Positions 1 to 8,541 of a DNA stretch of 64,000 nucleotides are shown here, piece after piece. The stretch covers positions 324,949 through 388,948 of the forward strand of contig CAWIGT010000009.1 in NCBI GenBank assembly GCA_963835845.1, in the 5' to 3' direction. The position numbers and the translations under genes are program-made. The DNA comes from an uncultured Chloroflexia bacterium. Its GTDB lineage: Bacteria; Chloroflexota; Limnocylindria; Limnocylindrales; CSP1-4. Under the pieces are notes generated by a model. That model had not been told where the DNA came from. It made no database searches and worked only from the letters and a program-made list of their open reading frames with translations. How positions within the stretch are numbered: the stretch's first letter is position 1; each line of letters opens with the position of its first letter.

Positions 1-495
1 GGCACCGTCCTGCTCGTCGGCTCAGACCGTTCGGTAGACATCCGACGCCTGTCGGGCGACGACGTCCGGCGCGTCGTCTGCCTGTGCGCCCAGGACCCGC
101 ACATCTTCGACACCACGATCGCCGAGAACGTCCGGCTGGCCCGGCCGGGCGCCAGCGACGAGCAGGTGGCCGGCGCGCTGGCCGCCAGCCAGCTCGGCTC
201 GTGGATCGCTTCGCTGCCCGACGGCATGTCGACCATGGTCGGCGAGCACGGCTCGCGCCTGTCCGGCGGTCAGCGGCAGCGCCTCTCGCTGGCCCGAGCC
301 GTGCTCGCGAACGCCGATGTCGTAGTCTTTGACGAGCCGACCGAGCATCTCGACGAGGCCACGGCGTCGGTTCTGGCGGCCGACCTTCTGGCGGCCACGA
401 AGGACCGGACCGTCATCATGATCACGCACCGGCCCGAACTGATCGAGTCGGCGACCTGGACCGCGAGAGTGGACCTGGCACCGCCGCCGCATTGA
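1..495 (+). CDS. ABC transporter ATP-binding domain, C-terminal fragment (CydC/CydD-type exporter; 5' end lies outside the window)
   Basis: The frame is open from nt 1. ABC signature LSGGQRQRLSLARA, Walker B VVVFDEPT, H-loop ITHR. Confidence 0.85.
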   Translation, partial: GTVLLVGSDRSVDIRRLSGDDVRRVVCLCAQDPHIFDTTIAENVRLARPGASDEQVAGALAASQLGSWIASLPDGMSTMVGEHGSRLSGGQRQRLSLARAVLANADVVVFDEPTEHLDEATASVLAADLLAATKDRTVIMITHRPELIESATWTARVDLAPPPH

Positions 496-562
496 GGAGT
501 CCAGCCAAGTTGGTGGGGAACCTGGCCGAATACTCGCCCGAGCCTTCCTTCCGAGGACGCCG

Positions 563-1585
563 ATGAGGCGCTTCGGCGCGTTCGTCCTCGACCTGGCGGT
601 CAGCGCCCGGCCATGGCGGTTCGCGCTGCCGGTCTGGTTCGCCTATTTCGGCTGGCTTTCGATCGCCGGCCTCTTCAGTGACTTTCCTCAACACATGGAC
701 ACGTTCGGTATCGACGGCCGTCTGTATTACCGAGCCGCACAGGTGTGGACCTCCGGCGGCGATCCGTGGACCGCCTTCACGACCACCAACACCTGGCCGC
801 CCGGAGCCTTGCAGGTCCACTTCCTGTTCACCGGTCTGCCGCCGACGGTCCTGGCTTTCGTGCCGTTCGTTTGGATACCCGAGCAGCTGTTCGTGATCGG
901 CTGGTTCGCGCTCTCGGTGGCCGCGGCAATCTACACTCTCCGCCGGCTCAGGCTGCCGCTGTGGTGGCTGATGTTCCCACCGCTCGCCAACGGCCTCGTC
1001 GTGGCCAACCCGCACATCGTCTGCCTGGCGCTGCTCCTGAGCAGCTCCACCATCCTTCGGGCGCTGGCGGCTCCGCTCAAGGCCTACGCCGTCATCCCGA
1101 TGGTCGCGGAGCGGCAATGGCGGGCGCTGACGGTGCTGGCGCTCGTCTGCGGGCTCTCTGTCGTGCTGTTCTGGCCGCTCTGGAGCCAGTACCTGGCGGA
1201 TTACGGCAACACCAACAGCTGGCTACTGAACACCACTCAAGGTGGTTTCTCGGCCACGCGTGATCCGCGGCTGTTCGCCCTGACAGCCTTCTCCGTCTCG
1301 GTGCTGGCAGTGCTCGACTTGCGAGCGGCAGGCTGGCTGGCGGTGCCGGCGCTGTGGCCCGCGAGCCAGTACTTCTACGCCACCTTCGTCCTGCCACTCC
1401 GTTCGCCGGCTCTGGCAGCCGTGCTGGCGATCAGCCAGCATCGCTGGGACGCGGTGATCCCCTGGGCGATCGTGGCTTACTGCGGGGCGAGAGTCCTGGG
1501 CGCCGCGTGGCGGGCCTGGGGTCCGGGCTGGTTAGTCCAACAGGACTATTTGGAGGCGGAGGCCGACGTCGAAGCGGGGGTCTAG
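563..1585 (+). CDS. Polytopic integral membrane protein, function unknown (possibly a DUF2029/GT87-like glycosyltransferase fold)
   Basis: 340-aa ORF with GAGGA 5 nt before the ATG. Many hydrophobic helices and high GC3. The family assignment is only an impression. Confidence 0.6.
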   Translation: MRRFGAFVLDLAVSARPWRFALPVWFAYFGWLSIAGLFSDFPQHMDTFGIDGRLYYRAAQVWTSGGDPWTAFTTTNTWPPGALQVHFLFTGLPPTVLAFVPFVWIPEQLFVIGWFALSVAAAIYTLRRLRLPLWWLMFPPLANGLVVANPHIVCLALLLSSSTILRALAAPLKAYAVIPMVAERQWRALTVLALVCGLSVVLFWPLWSQYLADYGNTNSWLLNTTQGGFSATRDPRLFALTAFSVSVLAVLDLRAAGWLAVPALWPASQYFYATFVLPLRSPALAAVLAISQHRWDAVIPWAIVAYCGARVLGAAWRAWGPGWLVQQDYLEAEADVEAGV

Positions 1586-1779
1586 CGGGCTGGGCCTCGG
1601 CGGCGCCAAGGCTCGGGGCGGACGCCCGGCGATCGACCGAGTCGCCGTTTCTCGGATTCCATGCCGAAATAGCGAGACCCGCGCTGCCTGCCGAAAGGTG
1701 CGCGGGTCGGGGTTGAGATGCTGGTGTCGGTCGGTCGACTCTGAGTCGCCCTGAATTGGAGTCGAGGTCGCCGTCCGCT

Positions 1780-1863
1780 CTACTCGACGGAGCGGGCGCG
1801 GGAAGGAGCCACGAACCAGGCCACGACCAGAACGGCGAAGCTGGCGAATGCGACTGCGATCAT
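1780..1863 (-). CDS. Candidate 27-aa hydrophobic micropeptide (MIAVAFASFAVLVVAWFVAPSRARSVE)
   Basis: ATG preceded by GGAG (5-nt spacer). One predicted TM helix. It has its own copy of the 65-bp GTnnC array 82-141 nt upstream. Too short for the ORF track. Confidence 0.3.
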   Translation of the reverse strand: MIAVAFASFAVLVVAWFVAPSRARSVE

Positions 1864-1939
1864 CTCGGCTCCTTCGGCTGAACCAGCGGGACTTGCGATC
1901 CCGTTCATTGACTGAAAGTCTATGGAAGGAGTCGGGTCG

Positions 1940-2004
1940 AATCAGTAGCGCGCTGGTTGAGCATCGGTAACGCCGGGGTGTCGCGACGGTTGCCGTTCGG
2001 TACG
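1940..2004. promoter_or_regulatory. 65-bp array, copy 1: AATCA followed by six 11-bp-phased GTnnC units (GTAGC, GTTGA, GTAAC, GTGTC, GTTGC, GTACG)
   Basis: Units start at 1945, 1956, 1967, 1978, 1989 and 2000. The 3' end GGTTGCCGTTCGGTAC is shared with copies 2 and 3. Confidence 0.6.
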
Positions 2005-2106
2005 AACGGCCGTCCCGAGGCTGGCTTGGCGGGGGCGGGACAACCCGCGGCGGCTCGCCACGCGAGAACAGGTTGCGGTCCCGCCCGGCCGCGCCCCGTG
2101 TCCCGG

Positions 2107-3342
2107 CTAAGGCTGGTAGACGACCTCGCCGTGCTGCGATACGTCCAGGCCCGCCTCCTCCTCGTCCGCGCCGACCCGCAGACCCACCGCTACGTCGACG
2201 AGCTTGAGGATGCCCAGCGTGGCAGCCGCGCTGTAGATCCAGACTGCGGCGATAGCAACGAGCTGAGCCCCGACCTGGCCCGGGTTGCCATCTATCAGGC
2301 CTCGGGCGCCGCCGATCGTGGCCACGGCGAGAACCCCGGTCAGGAACACGCCCAGCGTCCCGCCGACGCCGTGGACCGCCCAGACATCGAGCGCGTCGTC
2401 GATCTTGAGCCGCTCGCGCAGGAGGATGGCGCCGTAGCAGACGGCACCGCCGATGAAACCGATGACGATTGCGGAACTCGGGTCGACGAACCCGGACGCC
2501 GGCGTGATAGCGACCTCGCCCGCGATCGCGCCCGAAACGGCGCCGATTACAGACGGCGAGCCTTTGTGCAGCCAGCTCATCGTGAGCCACGTTAGCGCGC
2601 CCATGCCGGCGGCGGTGTTGGTGACCATCACCGCGTTGACCGCGTGGCCGTCGGCGGCGAGCGCCGATCCGCCGTTGAAACCAAACCAGCCGAACCACAG
2701 GATGCCGGCTCCGATCACGGTCAACCGAACGTCGTGCGGCTCGAAGCGATCCGACTCGCGACGGACTCGTGGACCAAGCACGAGCGCCGCGACCAGCGCG
2801 GCTACGCCGGAGGAGATGTGGACGACGGTACCGCCCGCGTAGTCGAGAACGCCGAGATTGCGCAGCCAGCCGCCGTCGCCCCAGACCCAGTGACAGACCG
2901 GCGAATACACCAGCAGACTCCAGAGCAACGCGAACAGCACGAACGCCTTGAACCGCTTTCGTTCGGCGAAGGCGCCGATGATCAGCGCCGGCGTGATGAT
3001 CGCGAACATCATCTGGAAGAGCGCGAAGGCGGCCGCGGGGATCGTGGGCGCGTACTGGCCTGGGGCCGAGCCGATGCCCTTGAGCCCGATGTTGTCGAGA
3101 CCGCCGATCAGGCCGCTGACGCCGAACGGAAGCCCCTTGACGTCTGGCCCGAAAGCGAGCGTATAGCCGACCAGCACCCACGTTACGCTGACCAGCGCCA
3201 GGATGAACATGCACTGCATGAGCACGCTGAGCACGTTCTTGCGGCGAACCAGGCCGCCGTAGAAGAGGGCCAGGGCGGGCGTCATCAACATGACGAGCGC
3301 CGTGGCGGTCAGAACCCAGGCGGTGTCGCCACCGTTGATCAC
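2107..3342 (-). CDS. amt: Ammonium transporter (Amt family), paralogue 1
   Basis: 411 aa. DTAWVL..ALVMLMTPALALFYGG, WFGWFGFNGGSA and HGVGG motifs. GTG start with GAAGGGAG upstream. Confidence 0.95.
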   Translation of the reverse strand: MINGGDTAWVLTATALVMLMTPALALFYGGLVRRKNVLSVLMQCMFILALVSVTWVLVGYTLAFGPDVKGLPFGVSGLIGGLDNIGLKGIGSAPGQYAPTIPAAAFALFQMMFAIITPALIIGAFAERKRFKAFVLFALLWSLLVYSPVCHWVWGDGGWLRNLGVLDYAGGTVVHISSGVAALVAALVLGPRVRRESDRFEPHDVRLTVIGAGILWFGWFGFNGGSALAADGHAVNAVMVTNTAAGMGALTWLTMSWLHKGSPSVIGAVSGAIAGEVAITPASGFVDPSSAIVIGFIGGAVCYGAILLRERLKIDDALDVWAVHGVGGTLGVFLTGVLAVATIGGARGLIDGNPGQVGAQLVAIAAVWIYSAAATLGILKLVDVAVGLRVGADEEEAGLDVSQHGEVVYQP

Positions 3343-3426
3343 GCTCGGGACTCCCTTCGCTGCCGACTCGCAACCTGCGCACTCGGAGGTTTCGGCCTGG
3401 TGAAGCGTAGGGAGCCGCCGGGCGGT

Positions 3427-3491
3427 AATCAGTGACGGCCGAGTAACCCTGCGGTAGCGCCTGGGTGGCGCGAGGGTTGCCGTTCGGGACG
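3427..3491. promoter_or_regulatory. 65-bp array, copy 2: AATCA followed by GTGAC, GTAAC, GTAGC, GTGGC, GTTGC, GGACG at 11-bp phase
   Basis: Units start at 3432, 3443, 3454, 3465, 3476 and 3487. Lies 90-150 nt upstream of the amt start at 3342. Confidence 0.6.
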
Positions 3492-3654
3492 CGTTTCGGC
3501 GACCGGTCCGACCGGCCGGGCTCGGCGGCCGGGGCCGGCCGGCTGGCTGGTGGCCGGCTCCGGGGCTATGCGGTTGGGCGGCCGCCGAACGTCCCGTGGC
3601 CGCGTGCCGGTGTTCGATCGCCGTCCGTCGCCGTCGTTTCCGACGGCTCGGTGC

Positions 3655-4926
3655 CTACTCGGTCTGCCAGGCCACCTCGCCGTGCTGGGAAGTGTCGAGC
3701 CCGGCCTCTTCTTCAGACGCTTCGACGCGCAGCCCGACGAAGAAGTCGACGACTTTGAGAATCGCGAACGTGGCCAGGCCGCTGTAGATCCAGGTGGCGC
3801 CGACGGCGATGAGCTGGTTGAGAACCTGGCTGCCGTTGCCTTCGACCAGCCCGGAGACGCCCCCGACGGCGGCGACGGCGAACACGCCCGTCAGGATCGC
3901 GCCGAGCGTGCCGCCGACGCCGTGGACCGCCCAGACGTCAAGGGCGTCGTCGACGTTGAGCCGCTCGCGCAGCAGGATCGCGCCGTAGCAAGTTGCGCCC
4001 GCGGCGAACCCGATGATGATGGCCGAGCTGGCGTCGACGTAGCCCGAGGCCGGCGTGATGGCCACGAGGCCGGCCACTCCGCCCGCGACCGCCCCGACCA
4101 CGCTCGGCGTCCCCTTGTGCAGCCAGCTCACGGTGACCCACGTCAGCGCCGCCATGCCGGCGGCAGTGTTCGTGACCACGAAAGCGTTCGCCGCCAGCCC
4201 GTTGGCGGCGAGAGCCGAGCCGCCGTTGAAGCCGAACCAGCCGAACCACAGCAACCCGGCCCCGATGACGGTCAGGCGCACGTCGTGCGGTTCGAAGCGG
4301 TCGGACTCGCGCTTGACCCGCGGGCCCAGCACGAGCGCGGCCACGAGGGCGGCGACGCCGGAACTGATGTGCACGACGGTGCCACCGGCGAAGTCGATCG
4401 CGCCGAGTCCACGCAGCCAGCCACCGTCGCCCCAGACCCAGTGGGCAATCGGCGAGTAGACCAGGAGTGTCCAGAGCAGAGTGAACAGGACGAAAGCCTT
4501 GAACTTCTGGCGCTCGGCGAATGCGCCGGTGATGAGGGCCGGCGTGATGACGGCGAACATCATCTGAAAGGCCATGTACGCGGAGCCGGGAATTGTCGGC
4601 GCGTATTGGGTCAGCGGAGCGACGCCGACGCCGCGCAGGCCGATGTAGTCGAAGCCGCCGATCAGGCCGCTGACGTGGAAGCCGTTCGGGAGGGTGAAGC
4701 TCAAGGCGTCGCTGCCGAAGGCCAGGGTGAAGCCGAACAGGACCCACGTGACGCTGACCAGGGCCAGGATGAAGACGCTGTGCATGATCGTGCTGAGCAC
4801 GTTCTTGCGGCGAACCAGGCCACCGTAGAAGAGCGCCAGCCCCGGAGTCATCAGCATCACCAGGGCGGCCGAGGTCAGGACCCAGGCGGTGTCGCCCGAG
4901 TTGATGCCGCTTGCGGCGGTGGGCAC
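3655..4926 (-). CDS. amt: Ammonium transporter (Amt family), paralogue 2
   Basis: 423 aa, collinear with paralogue 1 and highly similar by eye. GTG start with GAAGGGAGA upstream. Confidence 0.95.
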   Translation of the reverse strand: MPTAASGINSGDTAWVLTSAALVMLMTPGLALFYGGLVRRKNVLSTIMHSVFILALVSVTWVLFGFTLAFGSDALSFTLPNGFHVSGLIGGFDYIGLRGVGVAPLTQYAPTIPGSAYMAFQMMFAVITPALITGAFAERQKFKAFVLFTLLWTLLVYSPIAHWVWGDGGWLRGLGAIDFAGGTVVHISSGVAALVAALVLGPRVKRESDRFEPHDVRLTVIGAGLLWFGWFGFNGGSALAANGLAANAFVVTNTAAGMAALTWVTVSWLHKGTPSVVGAVAGGVAGLVAITPASGYVDASSAIIIGFAAGATCYGAILLRERLNVDDALDVWAVHGVGGTLGAILTGVFAVAAVGGVSGLVEGNGSQVLNQLIAVGATWIYSGLATFAILKVVDFFVGLRVEASEEEAGLDTSQHGEVAWQTE

Positions 4927-5083
4927 TAGTCGTCTCCCTTCGCGAATGACGGTGTGGGCGGAGGACCATCAGGCGGACTGAGGCAGCCTGCCGCGCTTCG
5001 GCGAGCGGGCCCGAGATGACTCATGCAGTCGCGACGGAACGGCCGCCCCGCTCGCCCTGAAGGGTACGGATGCGATTTGGCGG

Positions 5084-5148
5084 AATCAGTAGCCGTCCGG
5101 TGAACCTTGGGTCGCGACAAGGTAGCGTCCCGGTTGCCGTTCAGGACG
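5084..5148. promoter_or_regulatory. 65-bp array, copy 3: AATCA followed by GTAGC, GTGAA, GTCGC, GTAGC, GTTGC, GGACG at 11-bp phase
   Basis: Units start at 5089, 5100, 5111, 5122, 5133 and 5144. Lies 163-222 nt upstream of the amt start at 4926. Confidence 0.6.
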
Positions 5149-5211
5149 GCTTCGCGTCAAGGTTGCCGGCGTGCGTCCGGTGCAACAGTCGAGGGTGGTC
5201 GGGGCCGATCC

Positions 5212-5478
5212 TCAGCCGGCCGCAGTCTCGACCGGCGTGATGCGATGCGGCAGATCCAGGCACGCCACGCGGCAGCCGCGGGCGTCGTAGCCGGGCATGC
5301 CCCAGAAGTGACGCCACGCCGCGTCCGGACCGATCGAGCCGCCATCGTCCAGCGACTCGCGGGCCGTGAGCCGGCAGCCGCAGGCCGCGCAGGTAAGCAC
5401 GGAAGAGTCGTCGCGGTGCAGGGCGCGCGGCCGGGCCCCCTCCTCGATCGGCTCGAATTCGTGCAGCTTCATCGGCAT
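5212..5478 (-). CDS. Small Cys-containing hypothetical protein
   Basis: 88-aa ORF downstream of argH on the same strand. High GC3. Contains CAACGC and CRVAC cysteines. No family recognised. Confidence 0.4.
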   Translation of the reverse strand: MPMKLHEFEPIEEGARPRALHRDDSSVLTCAACGCRLTARESLDDGGSIGPDAAWRHFWGMPGYDARGCRVACLDLPHRITPVETAAG

Positions 5479-5610
5479 CCTCGTGGGCGCATGCTCCCAG
5501 TCCAGGATACGAATTGGCGCGCCGGAATCGAGGCCGGTCCGGTGTCGATTCAGTGTCGGATCGGGACGGGACGCGGCATGCTCGACGTCCTCGAGCGCCG
5601 CCCGCTCGTG

Positions 5611-7020
5611 CTACGCCCCCAGCCGGGCCTTTGCGGCGGCCAGGGCTGCGGCCACGCGCCGTGGTGCGGTGCCGCCGATCACGTCGCAGCCGGCCATGGC
5701 CCCGTCCAGGCCCGCCGCGGCCCGCAGCTCCCCCGGGAGGGCGGCGTCGCCGACGAGGGCGATCGCGATGGAGTCGTCGGAGCCGGACAGAGCGGCCGCG
5801 ATCGTGGCGTCGTCCAGCGCGTCGAGCGCCACTCCATCTCGCTCCGCTTCGGCGACCAGCGCGGCCACGATATGGTGGGCGGCCCGAAAGGCCACTCCCC
5901 GCCGGACGAGGGCGTCGGCGACGGCCGTGGCGGTGGTGTATCCCTCGCCGGCCGCGGCGCGCATGCGAGTGCGGTCCACGGCGAGCGTCGCGACCATGCC
6001 GGCCATGACGAGCAAGGACGCCTCGAGCGTCGCCGCGGCGTCGAAGAGCGCCGGCTTGTCTTCCTGCATGTCCTTCTGATACGCGAGAGGCAGACCCTTG
6101 AGCAATGTGAGCATTCCGCTCAGACCGCCGATGACCCGCGCCGTCTTGCCGCGTACGAGCTCCGCCGGATCGGGGTTCTTCTTGTTGGGCATCATCGACG
6201 AACCGGTCGAGAACGAGTCCGCGGCCCGAACGAACCCGAAGCGAGGGTTCGACCACCACGTGATCTCCTCGGCAAGCCGAGACAGATGGACCATGCACAG
6301 CGCGAACGCCGCAAGTGCCTCAACCACGAAGTCGCGATCGGAGACGCCGTCGAGCGAGTTCGCGGTCGCGCCGTCGAAGCCGAGCTCGGCCGCCGTCGCC
6401 TCGCGGTCGAGCGGGTAGCCTGCGCCCGCCAGCGCGCCCGACCCGAGCGGCGAGACGTTCGCCCGCCGCCGGCAATCGGCCATTCGACCCCGGTCTCGCT
6501 CGAGCATTTCGACGTACGCCAGCAAATGGTGAGCGAACAGGACCGGCTGGGCCGGCTGGATATGCGTCATCCCCGGCAGGATCGCCTCGCCTTCACGATC
6601 GGCCAGACCGACCAGCGCTCGCTCCATCTCGACGATCGCGCCGTCCAGCCCGTCGAGGGTGCGGCGCAGCCACAGCCGCATGTCGGTGGCGACCTGGTCG
6701 TTGCGAGACCGGCCCGTGTGCAGCCGACCGGCCACCGGCCCGACCCGTTCCCGTAACGCCGACTCGATGTTCATGTGGACGTCTTCGAGGGCCGGGTCCC
6801 AGGCCAGCTTTCCGGCTTCGACTTCGGCGCGCAGGCCTTCGAGCCCGCGTACCAGGGTTTCGACTTCGTCGGGCGCGAGGAGCTCGGCGCGCCCGAGACC
6901 GTGCACGTGCGCGATCGAACCGGCGATGTCATCGACGGCGAGCGCGTGGTCGAAGTCGATCGAGCGCGTGAACTCCGCCATCCGGTCGTCGGACGCGCCT
7001 TCGAATCGACCGCCCCACAT
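5611..7020 (-). CDS. argH: Argininosuccinate lyase
   Basis: MWGGRFEG N-terminus, TGSSMMPNKKNPD signature, GGAGGAG before the ATG at 7020. The 520-aa track ORF over-extends at its 5' end. Confidence 0.95.
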   Translation of the reverse strand: MWGGRFEGASDDRMAEFTRSIDFDHALAVDDIAGSIAHVHGLGRAELLAPDEVETLVRGLEGLRAEVEAGKLAWDPALEDVHMNIESALRERVGPVAGRLHTGRSRNDQVATDMRLWLRRTLDGLDGAIVEMERALVGLADREGEAILPGMTHIQPAQPVLFAHHLLAYVEMLERDRGRMADCRRRANVSPLGSGALAGAGYPLDREATAAELGFDGATANSLDGVSDRDFVVEALAAFALCMVHLSRLAEEITWWSNPRFGFVRAADSFSTGSSMMPNKKNPDPAELVRGKTARVIGGLSGMLTLLKGLPLAYQKDMQEDKPALFDAAATLEASLLVMAGMVATLAVDRTRMRAAAGEGYTTATAVADALVRRGVAFRAAHHIVAALVAEAERDGVALDALDDATIAAALSGSDDSIAIALVGDAALPGELRAAAGLDGAMAGCDVIGGTAPRRVAAALAAAKARLGA

Positions 7021-7191
7021 CCGCACGGGTTCTCCTCCGCTCCGATCGGAACTGCCGACTTGCACCGTCACGGCACAGCGACCTTCGTGGTCGGCATGGT
7101 ACCGGGCCGGAGACCGTGGCGCGTGCCGTGGCCGTCGCCGGGCGTGGCGTCCAGCACTCCCCGGGTAGTGCAAGGAAGCGGCGGGCGCCTG

Positions 7192-8457
7192 TCAGCCCGC
7201 CAGCGACACCGAGGGCACGATTGCCGGTTCCGCCAGCGCAACGTCGTGGACCGGCAGCGCCACCAGGCCTATCGCCCCGCCGATGACGGCGCAGAGCGCG
7301 CCCCCGCCGAAGACGCCGATCGGACCGACCGCGCCGTAAAGGATGCCACCCAGCAGGTTTGCGGCGATCGCTCCAACGCCGAAGCAGGCCGACTGCAGCA
7401 GCGTCTGTCCGGTCGACTGCAGAGCCGCCGGTAGCATTCGGGCGATGGTCAGAACGTAGGCCACGAAGATGCTCGAGAAGAAGATCCCCGACAGGAAGCG
7501 AGTGGCGAGAATCGGCAACGGGTCCACGAGCACGACCCAGCTGAGCATGCACACGGCAAATCCGACGGCTCCGCCCGCCAGCACCGTCCTCGCCCCGATC
7601 CGGGATATGAGCCAGCCCGCCAGAATCAAGCCCGGTATTTCCGCGCCCGAGCCGAGGCCGTTGGCCAGGCCCACGTCTCCGGGCCCGCCCCCAAGGTCGG
7701 TGATCCGGAGCGTGATGTACGTGGTGGCGGCCATGACGCCGACAAAGACCATGGTCACCGACAGCAGCACGGCCGCCAGCCGTGGCCTGATCCGGAAAGC
7801 GTCGCCGATGGAGCCGAAGCGGCCGTGGACGGGAACCGAGATCGCTTCGCCTTCGCGTGACGCTCGCGCCCGCCGATGACGCTCGCTGTCACGGCCCAAC
7901 GGGACCATCTGAGCGCAGAAGATGCTGGCCACCATCGCCGCCACATAGAAGATCGGGGCCACGGAGTAACCGACCACGCCGTAGATGAGCCCGCATACCA
8001 CCGAGCCGCCGGCGGCACCGATGCTCGTCAGCAGCCGCAGTCTCGAGTACTCGCGCGACGGATCATCGAGGACCGGCATGGCCATCGCGTCGGTGAGCGC
8101 CATCGCGGGGCCGCCGCCGGCGGTCATCACCACCTGGCAGAGGATTATCGCCGGCACCCAGAGCGGCAGACCGAAGCCGATCGCGAAGATGGCGGCCGGG
8201 ACGCTCGCAATCTGGAGGGTCCGCCGCGGCCCGCGCATGACGTCGCCGACGTGCCCCCAGGCCGGCAGCGCGATCGTGTACGACAACGAGCCGAGGCTGG
8301 TAGCCACGCCGATAAGCGCCGGGCTCCAGCCCTTCGACTCGAGCAGAACCGGGATGAAGAGAAAGAGCGAGCCCACGGAAAGGCCGTTGGCGAAATAGAG
8401 AGCTCTAAGCCAGCGCATGCCGAGATGGTAACGGTGACGAGCTTCTACCAGCCTCAT
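7192..8457 (-). CDS. MFS transporter
   Basis: About 12 hydrophobic segments. Starts at MRLVEARHRYHLGMRWLRALYF (8457 or 8418). The remainder of the 792-aa track ORF is antisense to ppk2. Confidence 0.8.
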   Translation of the reverse strand: MRLVEARHRYHLGMRWLRALYFANGLSVGSLFLFIPVLLESKGWSPALIGVATSLGSLSYTIALPAWGHVGDVMRGPRRTLQIASVPAAIFAIGFGLPLWVPAIILCQVVMTAGGGPAMALTDAMAMPVLDDPSREYSRLRLLTSIGAAGGSVVCGLIYGVVGYSVAPIFYVAAMVASIFCAQMVPLGRDSERHRRARASREGEAISVPVHGRFGSIGDAFRIRPRLAAVLLSVTMVFVGVMAATTYITLRITDLGGGPGDVGLANGLGSGAEIPGLILAGWLISRIGARTVLAGGAVGFAVCMLSWVVLVDPLPILATRFLSGIFFSSIFVAYVLTIARMLPAALQSTGQTLLQSACFGVGAIAANLLGGILYGAVGPIGVFGGGALCAVIGGAIGLVALPVHDVALAEPAIVPSVSLAG

Positions 8458-8541
8458 CGGCCTGACGTAGGCCCTCGTAAGGGAGTCGCCGTGTTGCCCG
8501 CCCGGCGCCCATGGCCTACCGTGCGTAGCAAGGAGGCCAAA

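Noticed and set aside
1532-4969. Long Arg/Pro/Gly-rich ORFs overlapping the amt genes on both strands (e.g. 1532-3382 -, 2644-3435 +, 3550-4929 +, 3938-4969 -)
   Set aside because: These are typical high-GC shadow frames. Their composition is not protein-like, and the Amt frames carry unmistakable family motifs.
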